From: an uncultured Gemmatimonadales bacterium | GTDB taxonomy: Bacteria; Gemmatimonadota; Gemmatimonadetes; Longimicrobiales; Gaopeijiaceae | Direction: 5' to 3' | Length of the DNA: 64,000 nt | Assembly: GCA_963809895.1 (NCBI GenBank) | Contig: CAWELD010000003.1 | Location: 1,920,001-1,984,000 of the forward strand | Shown here: positions 24,010 to 35,678 of the stretch, in pieces | Position numbering within the stretch: the first letter of the stretch is position 1 | Layout of the letters: every line of letters begins with the position of its first letter | Notes under the pieces: generated by a model | The model's input: the letters and a program-made list of their open reading frames with translations, nothing else | What the model was told of the DNA's origin: nothing | Database searches by the model: none | Made by a program: the position numbers and the translations under genes

Positions 24010-26650
24010 CTGCCCGGGCGCCTCTACCGCGCCCTCCTGTGGCTCTTTCCGCCGGCGTTTCGCCGCGAAGAGGGAGAGGCGGCGGCGCGGACCTTCGAGG
24101 AGCTGCTGGCCAGGGCGCCGGGTCGCTGGACGCGGATACGGCTGGGGCTGCGATACGTGTCGGCGCTGCCCGCGGCGGCGACGGCCGAGTGGTGGAACAC
24201 CTTGTGGGGCGCTCCGGTGGGCGCCCGTTCGAACTCCAGAGGGAGAGGGACGATGCGTGGGCTGTGGAGGCAGGGACGGTTCTCGGTGCGGGCGCTCCTC
24301 AAGGCGCCGGCCTTCACCTGGAGCGCGGTGCTGCTGGTGGGCGTGGGCGTGGGGGCGGTGACCACCATCTTCACCCTCGTGGACCACGTCCTGCTGCGGC
24401 CGCTCCCCTACCCCGACGCGGACCGCCTGGTGCTGGTGGAAAACGGCAGCCATTCGGGACCCCTCTTCAACCAGATGAAGCAGATGTCCACGGTGGACGA
24501 GTGGGGCGCCGCGTGGGACGAATCGGCCACGCTGGTGGGCGAGGGCGAGCCGCTGCGCCTGCGCGCCGCCCGGGTGTCGCGGGATTTCTTCCGCATCTTC
24601 GGCGCCCGGGCCGTGCAGGGCCGGCTGCTGACCGAAGAGGACTTCACGACCCCCGATGCCACCGTCATCGTCGACGGCCACGCCTGGCGCCGCATCTGGA
24701 ACAGCGATCCGGACCTGGTGGGACGGACCATCAACCTCGACGGGCAACCGGTGACGGTGGTGGGAATCACCAATCCCGACTTCGTGCCGCCCGAGGCCGA
24801 GGTGGGATCCGAGGTGGACTTCTGGCGTCCGCTGGACTGGTCGTCGGACATGCTCACCTCGCACACGGCCTGGGTCCTGAGCGTGGTGGGACGCGTGGCT
24901 CCCGGGTCCTCGGTGGAGGCGGTCTCCCAGGAGATGCAGTCGGTCATGGCCCGCATGGCGCCGGTGCACGAGAACTACCGCAACCGTGACGACGAGCCCC
25001 GGGAGCTGCCCATCACTCCGCTCGGTGAGGTGACGGTCCGAGGCGTGCGCGCCGGGTTGGGGCTCCTGCTCGGGGCCGTGGTGATGCTGCTCCTGGTGGC
25101 GTGCGCCAACGTGGCGCAGCTCTTCCTGGCCCGGGGGCTGGGCCGGCACCGGGAGATGGCGGTGCGCAGGGCGCTGGGCGCGGGGACCGCCGTGCTCATG
25201 GGCCAACTCCTGTGGGAGAGCCTGCTGGTGGGCCTGGCCGGAGGAGCCCTGGGCGTGGTGCTGGGCTGGGTGGGTCTGCGGGGATTCCTGCGTCTGTCGC
25301 CGGATGCGCTGCCCAGGCAGGAGAGCGTGATGCTGGACCCGCGGGTCCTGGCCTTCGCCGCGGCGGTCTCGGTGGCCACGGCGCTGGTCTTCGGGCTGCT
25401 GCCGGCGGTGCGATCGGTGCGGGGCGAGGTCGCGGACGAGCTTCGGGGCTCCGGGCGATCGGCCACCGCGGGACGAGGCACCGGACTCCTGCGCAGCGGG
25501 CTCGTCATCGGCGAGGTGGCGCTGTCCCTGGTGCTCATGGCCGGCGCCGGCCTGTTGCTCCGGAGCTTCCTCCTGGTGCACGCGCAGGATCCGGGCTTCC
25601 GCACCGACCGGGTGTGGACGGTGCCGCTGAGCCTCACCAGCATCGACACCCCCGAGGCCTGGATGCAGACCATGGAAGGCATCGACGAGGCGGTGGCCCG
25701 GGTGCCGGGGGTGGAGAGCACCACCTTCGGCCTGACCATGCCCCTGACCTCCGGCGGCGGGCGCTGCTGCTGGCGGAGCACGGTCACCGCCGAGGCCGAC
25801 GCCACCGAGACTCCCATGATCCATCCCGTGACGCCGGCGTACTTCGAGACCCTGGGGATTCCGTTGCAGGCGGGAAGGATCTGGTCGCGGGGAGAGGCCG
25901 AGGCGGATCCGGCCCCGGTGGTGGTGTCGAAGGGGCTGGCCGTGGCGCTGTGGGGGAGCGCGGAGCGAGCGGTCAACCAGCCCCTGGAGATGAACAGCTT
26001 CGCCATGACGGTCGTGGGCGTGGTGGGCGACGTGCGCCACTACGGCCTCGAACACGACCCGGATCCGGCGCCTCTACGTGCCGGTGGAGCGGCTCCCCTT
26101 CCCCATCGATCGGGCGCACCTGGCGGTGCACCTGCGGGGCGCGGCGGACCCCTCCTTGGGCCGCGAGCTCCGCGAGGCCGTGTGGAGCGTCGCCCCCGAC
26201 GTGCCGGTGCCGGTGGTGCGCTCCATGGACGAGTGGCTCGCCCGGGAGACCTCGAGCCGCCGCTTCGACTCGACGCTGTTCGCCACCTTCGCCGCCATGG
26301 CGCTCCTGCTGGCGGCCGGCGGGCTGTACGGCACCCTGCTCTACCTGGCGGGTCAGCGGCGGCGCGAAATGGGGATCCGGCTGGCACTGGGGGCCTCGCG
26401 GGGCCGCATCGAGCGTGACGTCATGACCGGCGGCGTCGCCGTGGCCACCGTGGGCGTGGCCTTCGGGCTGGCCGGCGCCTGGGCGGTGGGCCGACTGCTG
26501 CAGAGCCGCCTGTGGGGGGTGACGTCGGCGGACCCGGTGGCGCTGGCGGGTGCCGCGGCGCTGCTTCTGAGCACGGCGGCGCTGGCGAGCTGGTTGCCGG
26601 CCAGACGGGCGGGACGCGTGGACCCGGTGGAGACGCTCAAGGCCGAGTAG
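24006..26650 (+). CDS. ADOP/MacB-FtsX-type ABC permease, frameshifted near 24008 and 26070
   Basis: LYRALLWLFPPAFR, LLRPLPYPDADRLV, LLVACANVAQL, EMAVRRALGA, then in another frame EMGIRLALGA...PARRAGRVDPVETLKAE. Confidence 0.85.
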
Positions 26651-26746
26651 TCGGTTGGCCGGCCCCGGGAGCCCGGCTATCTTAGGCCGGTTCCGGGGCC
26701 GCCGCCGCGCGGCGCCCGCACAGCGTTCCCTCCAGCGCGTCACCGC

Positions 26747-28876
26747 ATGGCGACCGATACCTCCGAGCAGACGCGGACGCGAGACCTCGCCGGTCTCTCC
26801 GCCGAGCAACTCCTGGGCTTCTACCGCACCATGGTGACCTCCCGCTTCGTGGACGACCGGGAGATCTCCCTCAAGCGCCAGAACAAGATCTTCTTCCAGA
26901 TCTCCGGCGCCGGGCACGAAGCCATCGGCGTGGCGGTCGCCGCGCACACCCGGCCCGCGTCGGACTGGTACTTCCTCTACTACCGGGACCGGGCCCTGGC
27001 GCTGGCGGTGGGCCAGACGCCCCTGGACCACCTGCTGCAGGCGGTGGCCGCCGAAGACGATCCGTCGTCGGGCGGCCGCCAGATGCCCGCCCACTACGGC
27101 GACGTGCGCTACAACATCGCCAGCACCTCATCGCCCACCGGCACGCAGTTCCTGCAGTCGGTGGGGGCGGCGGAGGCGGGCCTGCGAGCGCTCCACCTGG
27201 ACGAGCTGAAGGAGCGGGTGACCGGCTTCGCCGAGGACGAGCTGGTGGTGTGCACCACCGGTGACGGCACCACCTCGGAAGGCGAGTTCTGGGAGGCGCT
27301 CAACACGGCCTGCAACCTGAAGCTGCCCGTGTTGTTCGTGGTGGAGGACAACGGGTACGCCATCTCGGTGCCGGTGGAGGTGCAGACGGCCGGGGGCAAC
27401 GTGTCGCGGCTCCTCACCGGAATGCCGGACCTGCTCATCCGGGAGTGCGACGGCACCGACGTGGTGGACGTGTACCGCCATGCCGGAGAGCTGGCGGCGC
27501 ACTGCCGCGCGCGGAAGGGGCCTGCCCTCCTGCACGCGCACTGCACGCGGCCCTATTCGCACTCCATGTCCGACGACGAGCGCATGTACCGGCCCGAGGA
27601 AGAGCGGGAGGCGCAGGAGGCGCGGGATCCGCTGCGCAAGCTGCGGGCCCTGCTGCTCGAGATCGGAGCCGCCACGGACGAGGAGCTGACGGCGCTGGAG
27701 GCCGAGGTGAAGCAGCAGGTGGCCGACGCCGCCGACGAGGCCCTGGGTCACCCACAGCCCGCCCCGGAGACCTACGCGCGTTACCTGTTCAGCGACGACG
27801 CGAATCCCACGACATCCGACTTCGAGACCGAGCCCGCGTACGAGGACGAGCGCCAGCTCACCATGGTGGACCTGCTCAACGCCTGTCTGCGCGACGAGAT
27901 GGAGCGGGATCCCCGGATCGTGGTCTTCGGCGAAGACGTGGCCGACGTGTCACGCGAAGAGGTGCTGGAAAAGGTCAAGGGCAAGGGCGGCGTCTTCAAG
28001 GTGACGCACGGGCTGCAGGGCCGCTTCGGCAGCGACCGGGTCTACAACTCGCCTCTGGCCGAGGCCAACATCGTGGGCCGGGCCGTCGGCATGGCCCTGC
28101 GGGGCATGAAGCCCGTGGTGGAGGTCCAGTTCTTCGACTACATCTGGCCCGCCATGCAGCAGCTCCGGAACGAGCTGGCCACCATGCGCTACCGCTCCGC
28201 CGGCACCTACAGCGCGCCGGTGGTGGTGCGTACGACCTACGGGGGATACCTGAAAGGCGGCGCCATCTACCATTCGCAGACCGGGGCCGCGCTCTTCACC
28301 CACACCCCGGGACTCCGGGTGGTCATGCCCTCCACCGCCGAGGACGCCAACGGGCTTCTGCGCACGGCCATCCGCTGCGAGGACCCGGTGCTCTTCCTCG
28401 AGCACAAGCACCTCTACCGGCAGGTCTACAACAAGGGGCGCTATCCGGGAAAGGACTTCATGATCCCCTTCGGCAAGGCCAAGGTGGTCCGCGAGGGATC
28501 CGACCTGACCGTGGTGACCTGCGGCGCCCTGGTGAAGCGCTCCATGGACGCCGCCAAACAGGCCGAGGCGGAGCACGGCATCCGCACCGAGATCCTGGAT
28601 CTGCGCACGCTGAGCCCCCTGGACATGGACGCCATCGCCCGCTCGGTGAAGAAGACCAACAAGGTGGTGGTGGTCCACGAGGACGGGCTCAGCTTCGGCA
28701 TCGGTGCCGAGATCGCGGCCCGCATCGCCGACGAGCTGTTCGCCTGGCTGGACGGTCCCGTGCGCCGGGTGGCATCGAAAGACGTGTGGGTGGCCTACGC
28801 GCCCCAGCTCGAAGAGGTCATCCTGCCCCAGGTGCCCGACGTGCTCGAAGCCATCGTGGAGCTGGCGAGGTTCTGA
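26747..28876 (+). CDS. 2-oxoacid dehydrogenase E1, fused alpha/beta (branched-chain/pyruvate type)
   Basis: TPP motif GDGTTSEG...[46 protein letters not shown]. Confidence 0.93.
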   Translation: MATDTSEQTRTRDLAGLSAEQLLGFYRTMVTSRFVDDREISLKRQNKIFFQISGAGHEAIGVAVAAHTRPASDWYFLYYRDRALALAVGQTPLDHLLQAVAAEDDPSSGGRQMPAHYGDVRYNIASTSSPTGTQFLQSVGAAEAGLRALHLDELKERVTGFAEDELVVCTTGDGTTSEGEFWEALNTACNLKLPVLFVVEDNGYAISVPVEVQTAGGNVSRLLTGMPDLLIRECDGTDVVDVYRHAGELAAHCRARKGPALLHAHCTRPYSHSMSDDERMYRPEEEREAQEARDPLRKLRALLLEIGAATDEELTALEAEVKQQVADAADEALGHPQPAPETYARYLFSDDANPTTSDFETEPAYEDERQLTMVDLLNACLRDEMERDPRIVVFGEDVADVSREEVLEKVKGKGGVFKVTHGLQGRFGSDRVYNSPLAEANIVGRAVGMALRGMKPVVEVQFFDYIWPAMQQLRNELATMRYRSAGTYSAPVVVRTTYGGYLKGGAIYHSQTGAALFTHTPGLRVVMPSTAEDANGLLRTAIRCEDPVLFLEHKHLYRQVYNKGRYPGKDFMIPFGKAKVVREGSDLTVVTCGALVKRSMDAAKQAEAEHGIRTEILDLRTLSPLDMDAIARSVKKTNKVVVVHEDGLSFGIGAEIAARIADELFAWLDGPVRRVASKDVWVAYAPQLEEVILPQVPDVLEAIVELARF

Positions 28877-28891
28877 GGAGACCTCTCGGGG

Positions 28892-30214
28892 TCAGTCGCT
28901 GGGACCGGCGGAATCCCCGGGACCGGCCGCGACCCGATCGCCGACCTCGGGCCGCTCCCGGGCTTCGGGCAGCACCAGCCGCACGGCCCGCTTCGGGAAC
29001 AGGTAGTTCCACGCCCAGTTGACCAGCACCAGGGCGCGGTTCCGGAAGCCGATGAGCTTGGCGATGTGGATGAGGGCCCACAGGACCCACGCCAGGAATC
29101 CCCGGAAGCGTCCGCCGAAGACCTCGGCCACCGCGGCGTTGCGACCGATGACCGCCAGCATCCCCGGATCCTTGTAGCGGAACGGCGGCGCCTTTCGCCC
29201 GGCGGCCAGCGCGCGCACCGCCCGCGCCACGTGCTCGCCCTGCTGGATCGCCACCGGCGCCACCTGCGGCAGCAGGGCGCCCTCGCCGTCGGTGGCCCCG
29301 GCCAGATCTCCGGCCACGAAGATCTCGCCGTGGCCAGCCACCTGGAGCGTGGCGGTCACCGCCACACGGCCCCCCTTCCCCACCGGCAATCCCCAGGCCC
29401 TGACCAGCGGGTCCCCCTGGATGCCCGCCGTCCACACGATGGTGTCGGCGTCCAGCGTGGTGCCGTCGCCCAGTTCCACCTGGTCCTCGCCGATGCGGGA
29501 GACCTGGGTGTCCAGGCGCACGTCCACCCGGCGGCTGCGGAGGCGTTTCGCGGCGTATGCGCTGGAGGCTTCGTCCATGGCCGACAACACACGATCGGCG
29601 GCTTCCACGAGCACGATGCGGATCTCGTCCGCGTCCACGGTGGGATAGTCCCGCTGTAGCGGCCCGTACACGAGCTCCGCCAGTGCCCCGGCGTATTCCA
29701 CCCCGGTGGGCCCGCCGCCCACGATGACGAAGGTGAGCAGGCTCCGGCGGCGCGCGTCGTCCTTCTCGTAGACCGCCGCCTCGAAGCGCGACAGCACGGC
29801 CCGCTGCAACGGGAGCGCGTCGTCCATGACCCGCAGGCGGAAGGCATGCTCCTCGGCCCCCTCCACCCCGAAGAAGTGGGGCACGCTCCCGGGAGCCACC
29901 ACCAGGTAGTCGTAGGGGATGTCGCCCGACGTGGTCTCCAGCACGCGGGCTTCGGCGTCCAGGCCCGTGGCCTCGGTCATGTGGAAGCGCACGTTGCGGG
30001 CCCGGCGCAGGATCGCGCGCACCGGATAGGCGATGTCGGTGGGCCCCAACTCGGCCGCGGCCACCTGGTACAGGAGAGGGAAGAAGGTGTGGTAGTTGTT
30101 GCGGTCGATGAGGGTGACGTCCACCGGGGCGCCGGCGAGGCCGCGAGCCGTCCACAGTCCCGCGAAGCCCGCGCCCACGACCACCACGTGAGGACGGACG
30201 CCCTGCTCGCTCAA
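28892..30214 (-). CDS. ndh: Type II NADH dehydrogenase
   Basis: VVVVGAGFAG, FFPLLYQVA, IVGGGPTGVEYAG, WTAG, LPQVAPVAIQQG, FRYKDPGMLAVIGR; TTG start overlaps the moeB stop. Confidence 0.9.
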   Translation of the reverse strand: MSEQGVRPHVVVVGAGFAGLWTARGLAGAPVDVTLIDRNNYHTFFPLLYQVAAAELGPTDIAYPVRAILRRARNVRFHMTEATGLDAEARVLETTSGDIPYDYLVVAPGSVPHFFGVEGAEEHAFRLRVMDDALPLQRAVLSRFEAAVYEKDDARRRSLLTFVIVGGGPTGVEYAGALAELVYGPLQRDYPTVDADEIRIVLVEAADRVLSAMDEASSAYAAKRLRSRRVDVRLDTQVSRIGEDQVELGDGTTLDADTIVWTAGIQGDPLVRAWGLPVGKGGRVAVTATLQVAGHGEIFVAGDLAGATDGEGALLPQVAPVAIQQGEHVARAVRALAAGRKAPPFRYKDPGMLAVIGRNAAVAEVFGGRFRGFLAWVLWALIHIAKLIGFRNRALVLVNWAWNYLFPKRAVRLVLPEARERPEVGDRVAAGPGDSAGPSD

Positions 30215-31491
30215 GGCACCACCAGATCCGGGTCCACCTGCGCGGCCCAGGTCACCAGGCCTCCGCGCAGGTTGGCCACGGCTCGAAATCCCTCCTGACG
30301 GAGACGCAGGGCCGCCCGGGCGCTGCGGGCTCCCACGCGGCACACCACCACCACGGGCTGCTCGGGATCCAGCTCGTCCAGGCGTGCGTCGAGCTCGCCC
30401 AGGGGGACGTGCACGGCGCCCTGCGCTGCCAGATTGCCCGCATTCCATTCCCAGGACTCGCGCACGTCCAGTACGAGCGGAGGCGCGTCGCCCTCCAGGA
30501 GCGCCGCCAGATCGCGGGCGCCCAGGTTGCGGGGGAGCGGGTCGGTCCCGGTGGATGGGGCGTCGCTCGGTGGGGCGTGGCTCGCGTCGGGGGCCGAGTG
30601 CGCCGCCGAGTCCCCGGCGAGCTCCTCGGCCACCAGCATCTCGGGCGTTATCCCGCAAAAGCGTTCGTAGTCGATGAGCTCGGTCTGGGTGGGATGCTCT
30701 CCGCACACCGGGCACTTCGGATCGGGCCGCACGCGCACCTCGCGCCAGGCCGCTGCCAGGGCGTCGAAGAGCAGGAGGCGGCCCGCCAGGGAATCCCCCA
30801 CGCCCAGCACGTACTTGAGCGCCTCCAGCGCCTGCATGGATCCCACCACCCCGGGCAGCACCCCGAAGACCCCGGCCTCGGCGCAGTTCGGGACCAGCCC
30901 CGGAGGCGGCGGTTCCCGAAAGAGACAGCGGTAACAGGGGCCGTCGGGGGTGGCGAACAGCGACACCTGCCCCTCCCACCGCAGGATGGCGCCGTACACC
31001 ACCGGCGTGCGGCTCAGGACGCCGGCGTCGTTGACCAGATAACGCGTCGGGAAGTTGTCGCTCCCGTCCAGCACCAGGTCGTAGTCGACGAGGATGTCCA
31101 GCGCATTGGCGCTGGTGAGCCGGGTGTCGTGGACCTTCACCTCGATGTGGGGATTCAGGTCCAGCATGCGCTCCCGGGCCGACTCCACCTTGGGGCGGCC
31201 CAGGTCCGAGGTGCCGTGCAGCACCTGCCGTTGCAGGTTCGAGGCATCCACGGCATCGGCGTCGACGACGCCCAGGGTGCCGACGCCCGCCGCCGCCAGG
31301 TAGAGACCCGCCGGCGAGCCCAGCCCGCCGGCGCCCACCAGGAGGATGCGCGCCGCCTTGAGCTTGCGCTGGCCCTCCTCGCCCACTTCGGACAGGACCA
31401 GGTGGCGCGCATAGCGAAGGATCTCCTCGCGGGAGAGCTCCGGGAGGGCGTCGGACGACGTGGAGGGTGAGCCGGCGGCCGGGGTGCGCAT
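30211..31491 (-). CDS. moeB: MoeB/MoeZ adenylyltransferase with C-terminal rhodanese
   Basis: RYARHL, VGAGGLGSP, SNLQRQ, CYRC, CPVC, rhodanese VVCRVGARS. Confidence 0.92.
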   Translation of the reverse strand: MRTPAAGSPSTSSDALPELSREEILRYARHLVLSEVGEEGQRKLKAARILLVGAGGLGSPAGLYLAAAGVGTLGVVDADAVDASNLQRQVLHGTSDLGRPKVESARERMLDLNPHIEVKVHDTRLTSANALDILVDYDLVLDGSDNFPTRYLVNDAGVLSRTPVVYGAILRWEGQVSLFATPDGPCYRCLFREPPPPGLVPNCAEAGVFGVLPGVVGSMQALEALKYVLGVGDSLAGRLLLFDALAAAWREVRVRPDPKCPVCGEHPTQTELIDYERFCGITPEMLVAEELAGDSAAHSAPDASHAPPSDAPSTGTDPLPRNLGARDLAALLEGDAPPLVLDVRESWEWNAGNLAAQGAVHVPLGELDARLDELDPEQPVVVVCRVGARSARAALRLRQEGFRAVANLRGGLVTWAAQVDPDLVVP

Positions 31492-31692
31492 GAGCGAATT
31501 GCACCCCGGCGACCGGGCGGGGTTCCGGGCAGGTGCGGTGGAACCGGATTCAGTGCCTCAGTCCGCCGCGCGAGGTCCTGAGCGGGTCAGCGAGCCGTGG
31601 CGCCGCACGACGCGACGCGACGCGCCACAACCTGTGCGCGCCGCGTTCGGTCCGGTGCCAACGCCCGCGTCAGCGCGGCGTGGCGCCGGAGA

Positions 31693-32188
31693 TCAGGCCT
31701 CGATCTCCTGGAAGAGCTGGTGCACCAGATCCCGGTGGAGCCAGGTGATGTAGCCCAGGGTGGCCAGACCTCCGGCCACGCTACCGGCGACGGCGCTCTT
31801 CCAGCTCAGGGCGTGCAGAGCCTCCACTGTGATCGCGCCGAAGAAGATCGGCACGAATCCGCCCACGGCGATGGCCGTGAAGACCAGGCCGTAGGCCAGC
31901 CCGTGGTCGGATCTCCGCCTGCTCGGCGAGGAAGGCCACCAGCATCCCCAGCGCCAGCGACACCAGCAGGTGCAGCCCGTTGAACGCCAGGACGGGAGCC
32001 ATGGCGCCGCCCGGGCCCGCCGCGCGGTCCGTGGTGCCGAGGATCGCCCGCCCCAACGCTTCGGGCGTGGCGAAGACGCCCCGCATCGATGCCAGGTTCA
32101 CGAAGGCGAAGAGGAGGACCACCGCCGCGTAGCCCAGGAGCCCGGCGATGAAGCCGTCCAGGACGAGTTGCTTGCGTGTCCGGTGCAT
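31693..32188 (-). CDS. Membrane protein, frameshifted near 31905
   Basis: MHRTRKQLVLDGFIAGLLG...TPEALG...FNGLH, continuing in another frame GLAYGLVF...LHRDLVHQLFQEIEA*. Confidence 0.7.
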
Positions 32189-32514
32189 GCGGCCTCCGCG
32201 GATGGAGGGAAACGGTTCGACCCACATTCATCATGGCGCGCCCGGCCGGCGAGCGCCGTCGGGAGTTGGGCGTGGATCCGTGTGGGGGGGTGCCCCATGG
32301 GCGGGGCTGGGGGCGGGTGGTGAGGCTGGCGGGCGGGGGGCGGCGGGGGCGGGTGGGCGGGGCTGGCCGGGTGGGGGTCGGCGGGGGCGGGCGGGGCGGC
32401 GGCGCGGGCGGGCGGGGCGGCGGGGTGGATGGGCGAGGCTGGCCGGGTGGGGGTCGGCGGGGGCGGGTGAGGCGGCGGCGGGGGCGGGTGAGGCTGCCGG
32501 GCGGACGGAAGATC

Positions 32515-32688
32515 GCCGTCAACCCTGCAAGCGGCGCCATTTTCAGGGCGCGTGCAGCGTTCGCGGCAATTATCGCCCTCCGCGGCGCAGGCGATCGGGG
32601 GGCGGAGGGCGCATGCGGCCGGCACGGTGATTATCGCCGTCGCGGCCGCGAGCGGGCGCTCAGGAGCGCCGCGTGCGTGGTTGACGGC
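32515..32688. repeat. Tripartite palindromic repeat, 174 bp, cluster copy 1
   Basis: GCCGTCAACC...GGTTGACGGC; arms 53/54/53 bp, linkers AATTATC and GATTATC. Confidence 0.9.
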
Positions 32689-32715
32689 AACGGCCGGCGG
32701 GGCGGTCGGAAGATC

Positions 32716-32889
32716 GCCGTCAACCCTGCAAGCGGCGCCATTTTCAGGGCGCGTGCGGCGCTCGCGGCAATTATCGCCCTCCGCGGCGCAGGCGATCGGG
32801 GGGCGGAGGGTGCATGCGGCCGGCCCGGTGATTATCGCCGTCGCGGCCGCGAGCGGGCGCTCAGGAGCGCCGCGTGCGCGGTTGACGGC
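32716..32889. repeat. Tripartite palindromic repeat, 174 bp, cluster copy 2
   Basis: Near-identical to 32515-32688. Confidence 0.9.
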
Positions 32890-33020
32890 AACGGCCGGCG
32901 GGGCGGGCGGCGCGGGTGGGCGAGGCCGGCGGGGCGAGCGGCGGGCGCGGGTGGGCGAGGCAGGCTGGGCGGGCGGGGCGGCGGCGCGGGCGGGTGAGGC
33001 TGCCGGGCGGTCGGAAGATC

Positions 33021-33194
33021 GCCGTCAACCCTGCAAGCGGCGCCATTTCCAGGGCGCGTGCGGCGCTCGCGGCAATTATCGCCCTCCGCGGCGCAGGCGA
33101 TCGGGGGGCGGGGGGCGCATGCGGCCGGCACGGTGATTATCGCCGCCGCGGCCGCGAGCGGGCGCTCAGGAGCGCCGCGTGCGCGGTTGACGGC
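33021..33194. repeat. Tripartite palindromic repeat, 174 bp, cluster copy 3
   Basis: Near-identical to 32515-32688. Confidence 0.9.
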
Positions 33195-33427
33195 AACGGC
33201 CGGCGCGGGCGTGTGACGGCGGCGGGCGGCGGCGCGGGGCGAGGCTGGCCGGGCGGAGGTCGGCGCCGGCGGGGGCGGGCGGGTGCCAGCGCCGCCCGCA
33301 AGGCGCCGCGTCGCGCCCGACGGCAACCCCCGGCGAGGGTGAAACGGCGCCGAGCCAGGCGGTGCGTGACCAATCGGGCCCACCGCCGTGCGCGCTCGCC
33401 ACCGCCGCCCACCGGCCATCCCCCCTC

Positions 33428-33456
33428 TTGCGTTATTACGAAGTCTTTCGTATGAT
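33428..33456 (+). promoter_or_regulatory. Sigma70-type promoter with BlaI-type operator in the spacer; probably leaderless
   Basis: TTGCGT-17 bp-TATGAT; palindrome TACGAA-GTCT-TTCGTA at 33437-33452; ATG 6 nt after the -10 box with no SD. Confidence 0.75.
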
Positions 33457-33462
33457 CGGCAC

Positions 33463-33858
33463 ATGACGAATCCGACGGAGTTCACCGACCGCGAACTGGG
33501 GATCATGGGTGTCCTGTGGCGGAACGGGTCCGGCACGGTGGCCGAGGTCCGCGAAGCGCTGGACTGGGACGTGGGATACACCACCGTCCTCAAGCTCCTG
33601 CAGATCCTCGAGGAGAAGGGTGCCGTGCGGCACGAGGCCGAAGGCCGGGCCTATCGCTACATCCCGGTGACCGACGCTGACGACGCCGGCAGTCTGGCGC
33701 TCCGTCGGCTGCTGGACACGGTGTTCGGCGGCTCGGCCGAGTTGGCGCTGGCGCGCCTGGTGTCGGAGGCCCCGCCGTCGCAGGCGGAGCTGGCCCGCAT
33801 GCGCGCCCTCCTGGACGAGCTCTCCGATGACGAGGGGGAGGAGGACGAGGGGTCATGA
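33463..33858 (+). CDS. BlaI/MecI/CopY-family repressor
   Basis: TDRELGIMGVLW...TVAEVRE...YTTVLKLLQILEEKG...GRAYRY...LLDTVFGGS. Confidence 0.92.
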   Translation: MTNPTEFTDRELGIMGVLWRNGSGTVAEVREALDWDVGYTTVLKLLQILEEKGAVRHEAEGRAYRYIPVTDADDAGSLALRRLLDTVFGGSAELALARLVSEAPPSQAELARMRALLDELSDDEGEEDEGS

Positions 33859-35554
33859 GCGCATTGACGTTGCTGTACGCCGCGGTGGTGGGGCTCCTGC
33901 TCACGGGAGCCGCCGCGGGCATGGAAGCGGCCCTCAGGCACCGGCGCCGGCCGGCGCGGGGCGTGTGGGTGGCCGCCATGGTGGCGACCCTGACCGCACC
34001 GCTGTGGGGTCCGGCGTTGGCGGGTCTCCGGGACGGCGGCGCGTCGGCGCCCTCCGCCATGCAGATTCGCGAGGTACAGGCGGGTGGTGCGCAAGCGACG
34101 GCCACCGCAGGGCCGTCGCTGGTCCAGCGTGCGAGCGCGGCGCTGGAGCGCGTCACCACCGTCATGGCCCAACCCAATCCATGGCTGACGCTGGCCTGGG
34201 GATTGGCGGCCGGCCTGGGCACGCTGCTGGTGCTGGGCGCGCTCATCCGGCTGCGCCGCCGCCTGGATCGGTGGCCTCGCACCCGGGTCGGAGGAGATCC
34301 GGTGGTCCTGGCCCCCGACTTCGGGCCGGCGTGCATCGGGCTCAGCCGTCCCCGGGTGGTGCTGCCCCGCTGGGCGCTGGGATTCGGCCCCCACGACCTC
34401 GACCTCATGCTGAGGCACGAGCAGTCGCACGGCCGGGCCCGGGATCCGCTCCTGCTGGCAGGAGCGCTGGCGGCGGTGGCGATCTCTCCCTGGAACCCGG
34501 CGCTGTGGTGGCAGCTCCTCCGGCTGCGCCGGGCGGTGGAGCTCGACTGCGATCGACGCGTCCTGGCGAGCGGCGCCTCGCCGGCGGCCTACGGCGGCAT
34601 GCTCGTGGCCGTTCTCAGCCGCGTGCGCGGTGGGGCCTTCCCCGCTGCCGCCCTCATCGAACCTGCATCGTTTCTCGAACGGAGGCTCACCCTCATGAAG
34701 ACCCGTACGCGCATCGGACTGGCCCGCACCGTGGGCGCGCTGGCCCTTGCCGGCGTCCTGGTGGCCCTGGCCTGCGAGACCCCCGCTCCCGACCCGGTGC
34801 AGCCCGAGATGGAGACGGCGGAACAGGAGGGCGGCACCTATAAGGTGCAGGAGGTGAGCGGATCGGCCAGTCGCTTCCGGACGCCGGCGACATGCGCCTG
34901 TCCAGCCTTCCCGCGGGAGCCACCCTGTGGGTGGACGGTGTGGAGGTCCCCGATTGGAAGCTGGTGGACGGGCAGCCGGACTTCCCGGGCTTCGATCCGG
35001 CCGACATCGCCCGTGTGGAAATCGTGAAGGGGCCGAGCGAGCACGCCATCCGGATCACCACGAAGGAAGGCTTGACGTCTGCCAAGGCCCACTTCGAGGC
35101 TCAGCAGGACGACAAGTGGCGCGCCTCGCTGCAAGAGGTCGAGGTGAAGGGACTGCCGGCCGACAAGAGCACATTGAGACGGGCGCCCGGCGGTGAGAAG
35201 AGCACGCTGGAGCTCCGCGAGGTCCCGGTCGAGCTCACCCCGGATCGATCCAAGGCCGAGTCCAACGACTGGATGAACGACAAGTCCCAGGCCGCCCGGG
35301 AGCGGGAGTTGGTCAGGGAGCGGTTGGCAGCCGACGACCGCGACGCGCCGGTACAGGGCACCCTCCGCAGGGCGCCCTCGCTGGAGCCGCTCATCCTGGT
35401 GGACGGCAAGCGGGCGGAGGGCGGCCTCAAGATGATCGCCGACCTGGACGTGAAGAGCGTCGAGATCATCAAGGGCGCGGCGGCCGAGGCGACGTACGGC
35501 CCCGACGGTCGCAACGGCGTGGTTCTGGTCACCACCCGGGGGGGCGGAAACTGA
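33855..35554 (+). CDS. M56/BlaR1-type metallopeptidase sensor with two TonB-receptor plug-like modules, frameshifted near 34880
   Basis: HEQSH, PWNPALWW, ELDCD, LERRL; then LWVDG..DIARVEIVKG..IRITTK and LILVDG..VKSVEIIKGAAAEATYGPDGRNGVVLVTT. Confidence 0.82.
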
Positions 35555-35628
35555 CCAGGACCGGGACGCGGTGCGCGCGGGGCCTGACGGGCCTCGCCGC
35601 TCCCGTCCTCTCCATCGCCCTCGTCCTC

Positions 35629-35664
35629 ACGGGCCTGCCCGGGCAACTCCCGGCGCAGGCCCGT
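35629..35664. terminator. GC-rich hairpin between convergent genes
   Basis: ACGGGCCTGC-CCGGG-CAACT-CCCGG-C-GCAGGCCCGT; no U-tract. Confidence 0.4.
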
Positions 35665-35678
35665 CGGTCGTAAGACGC

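Noticed and set aside
28892..31504. 870-aa ORF as an Ndh fusion
   Set aside because: The N-terminal half is an off-frame read of moeB; ndh starts at about 30214.
31492..31692. Moco riboswitch upstream of moeB
   Set aside because: GC-rich stems are possible, but I could not find the motif's conserved elements.
32515..33194. CRISPR array
   Set aside because: Units are 174 bp with internal structure, there are no unique equal-length spacers, and no cas genes are present.
32098..33455. ORFs across the repeat array (e.g. 32176-32997, 32916-33455)
   Set aside because: Gly/Arg/Pro-rich translations of repeats; the 61-bp middle unit shifts frame, so coding is unlikely.
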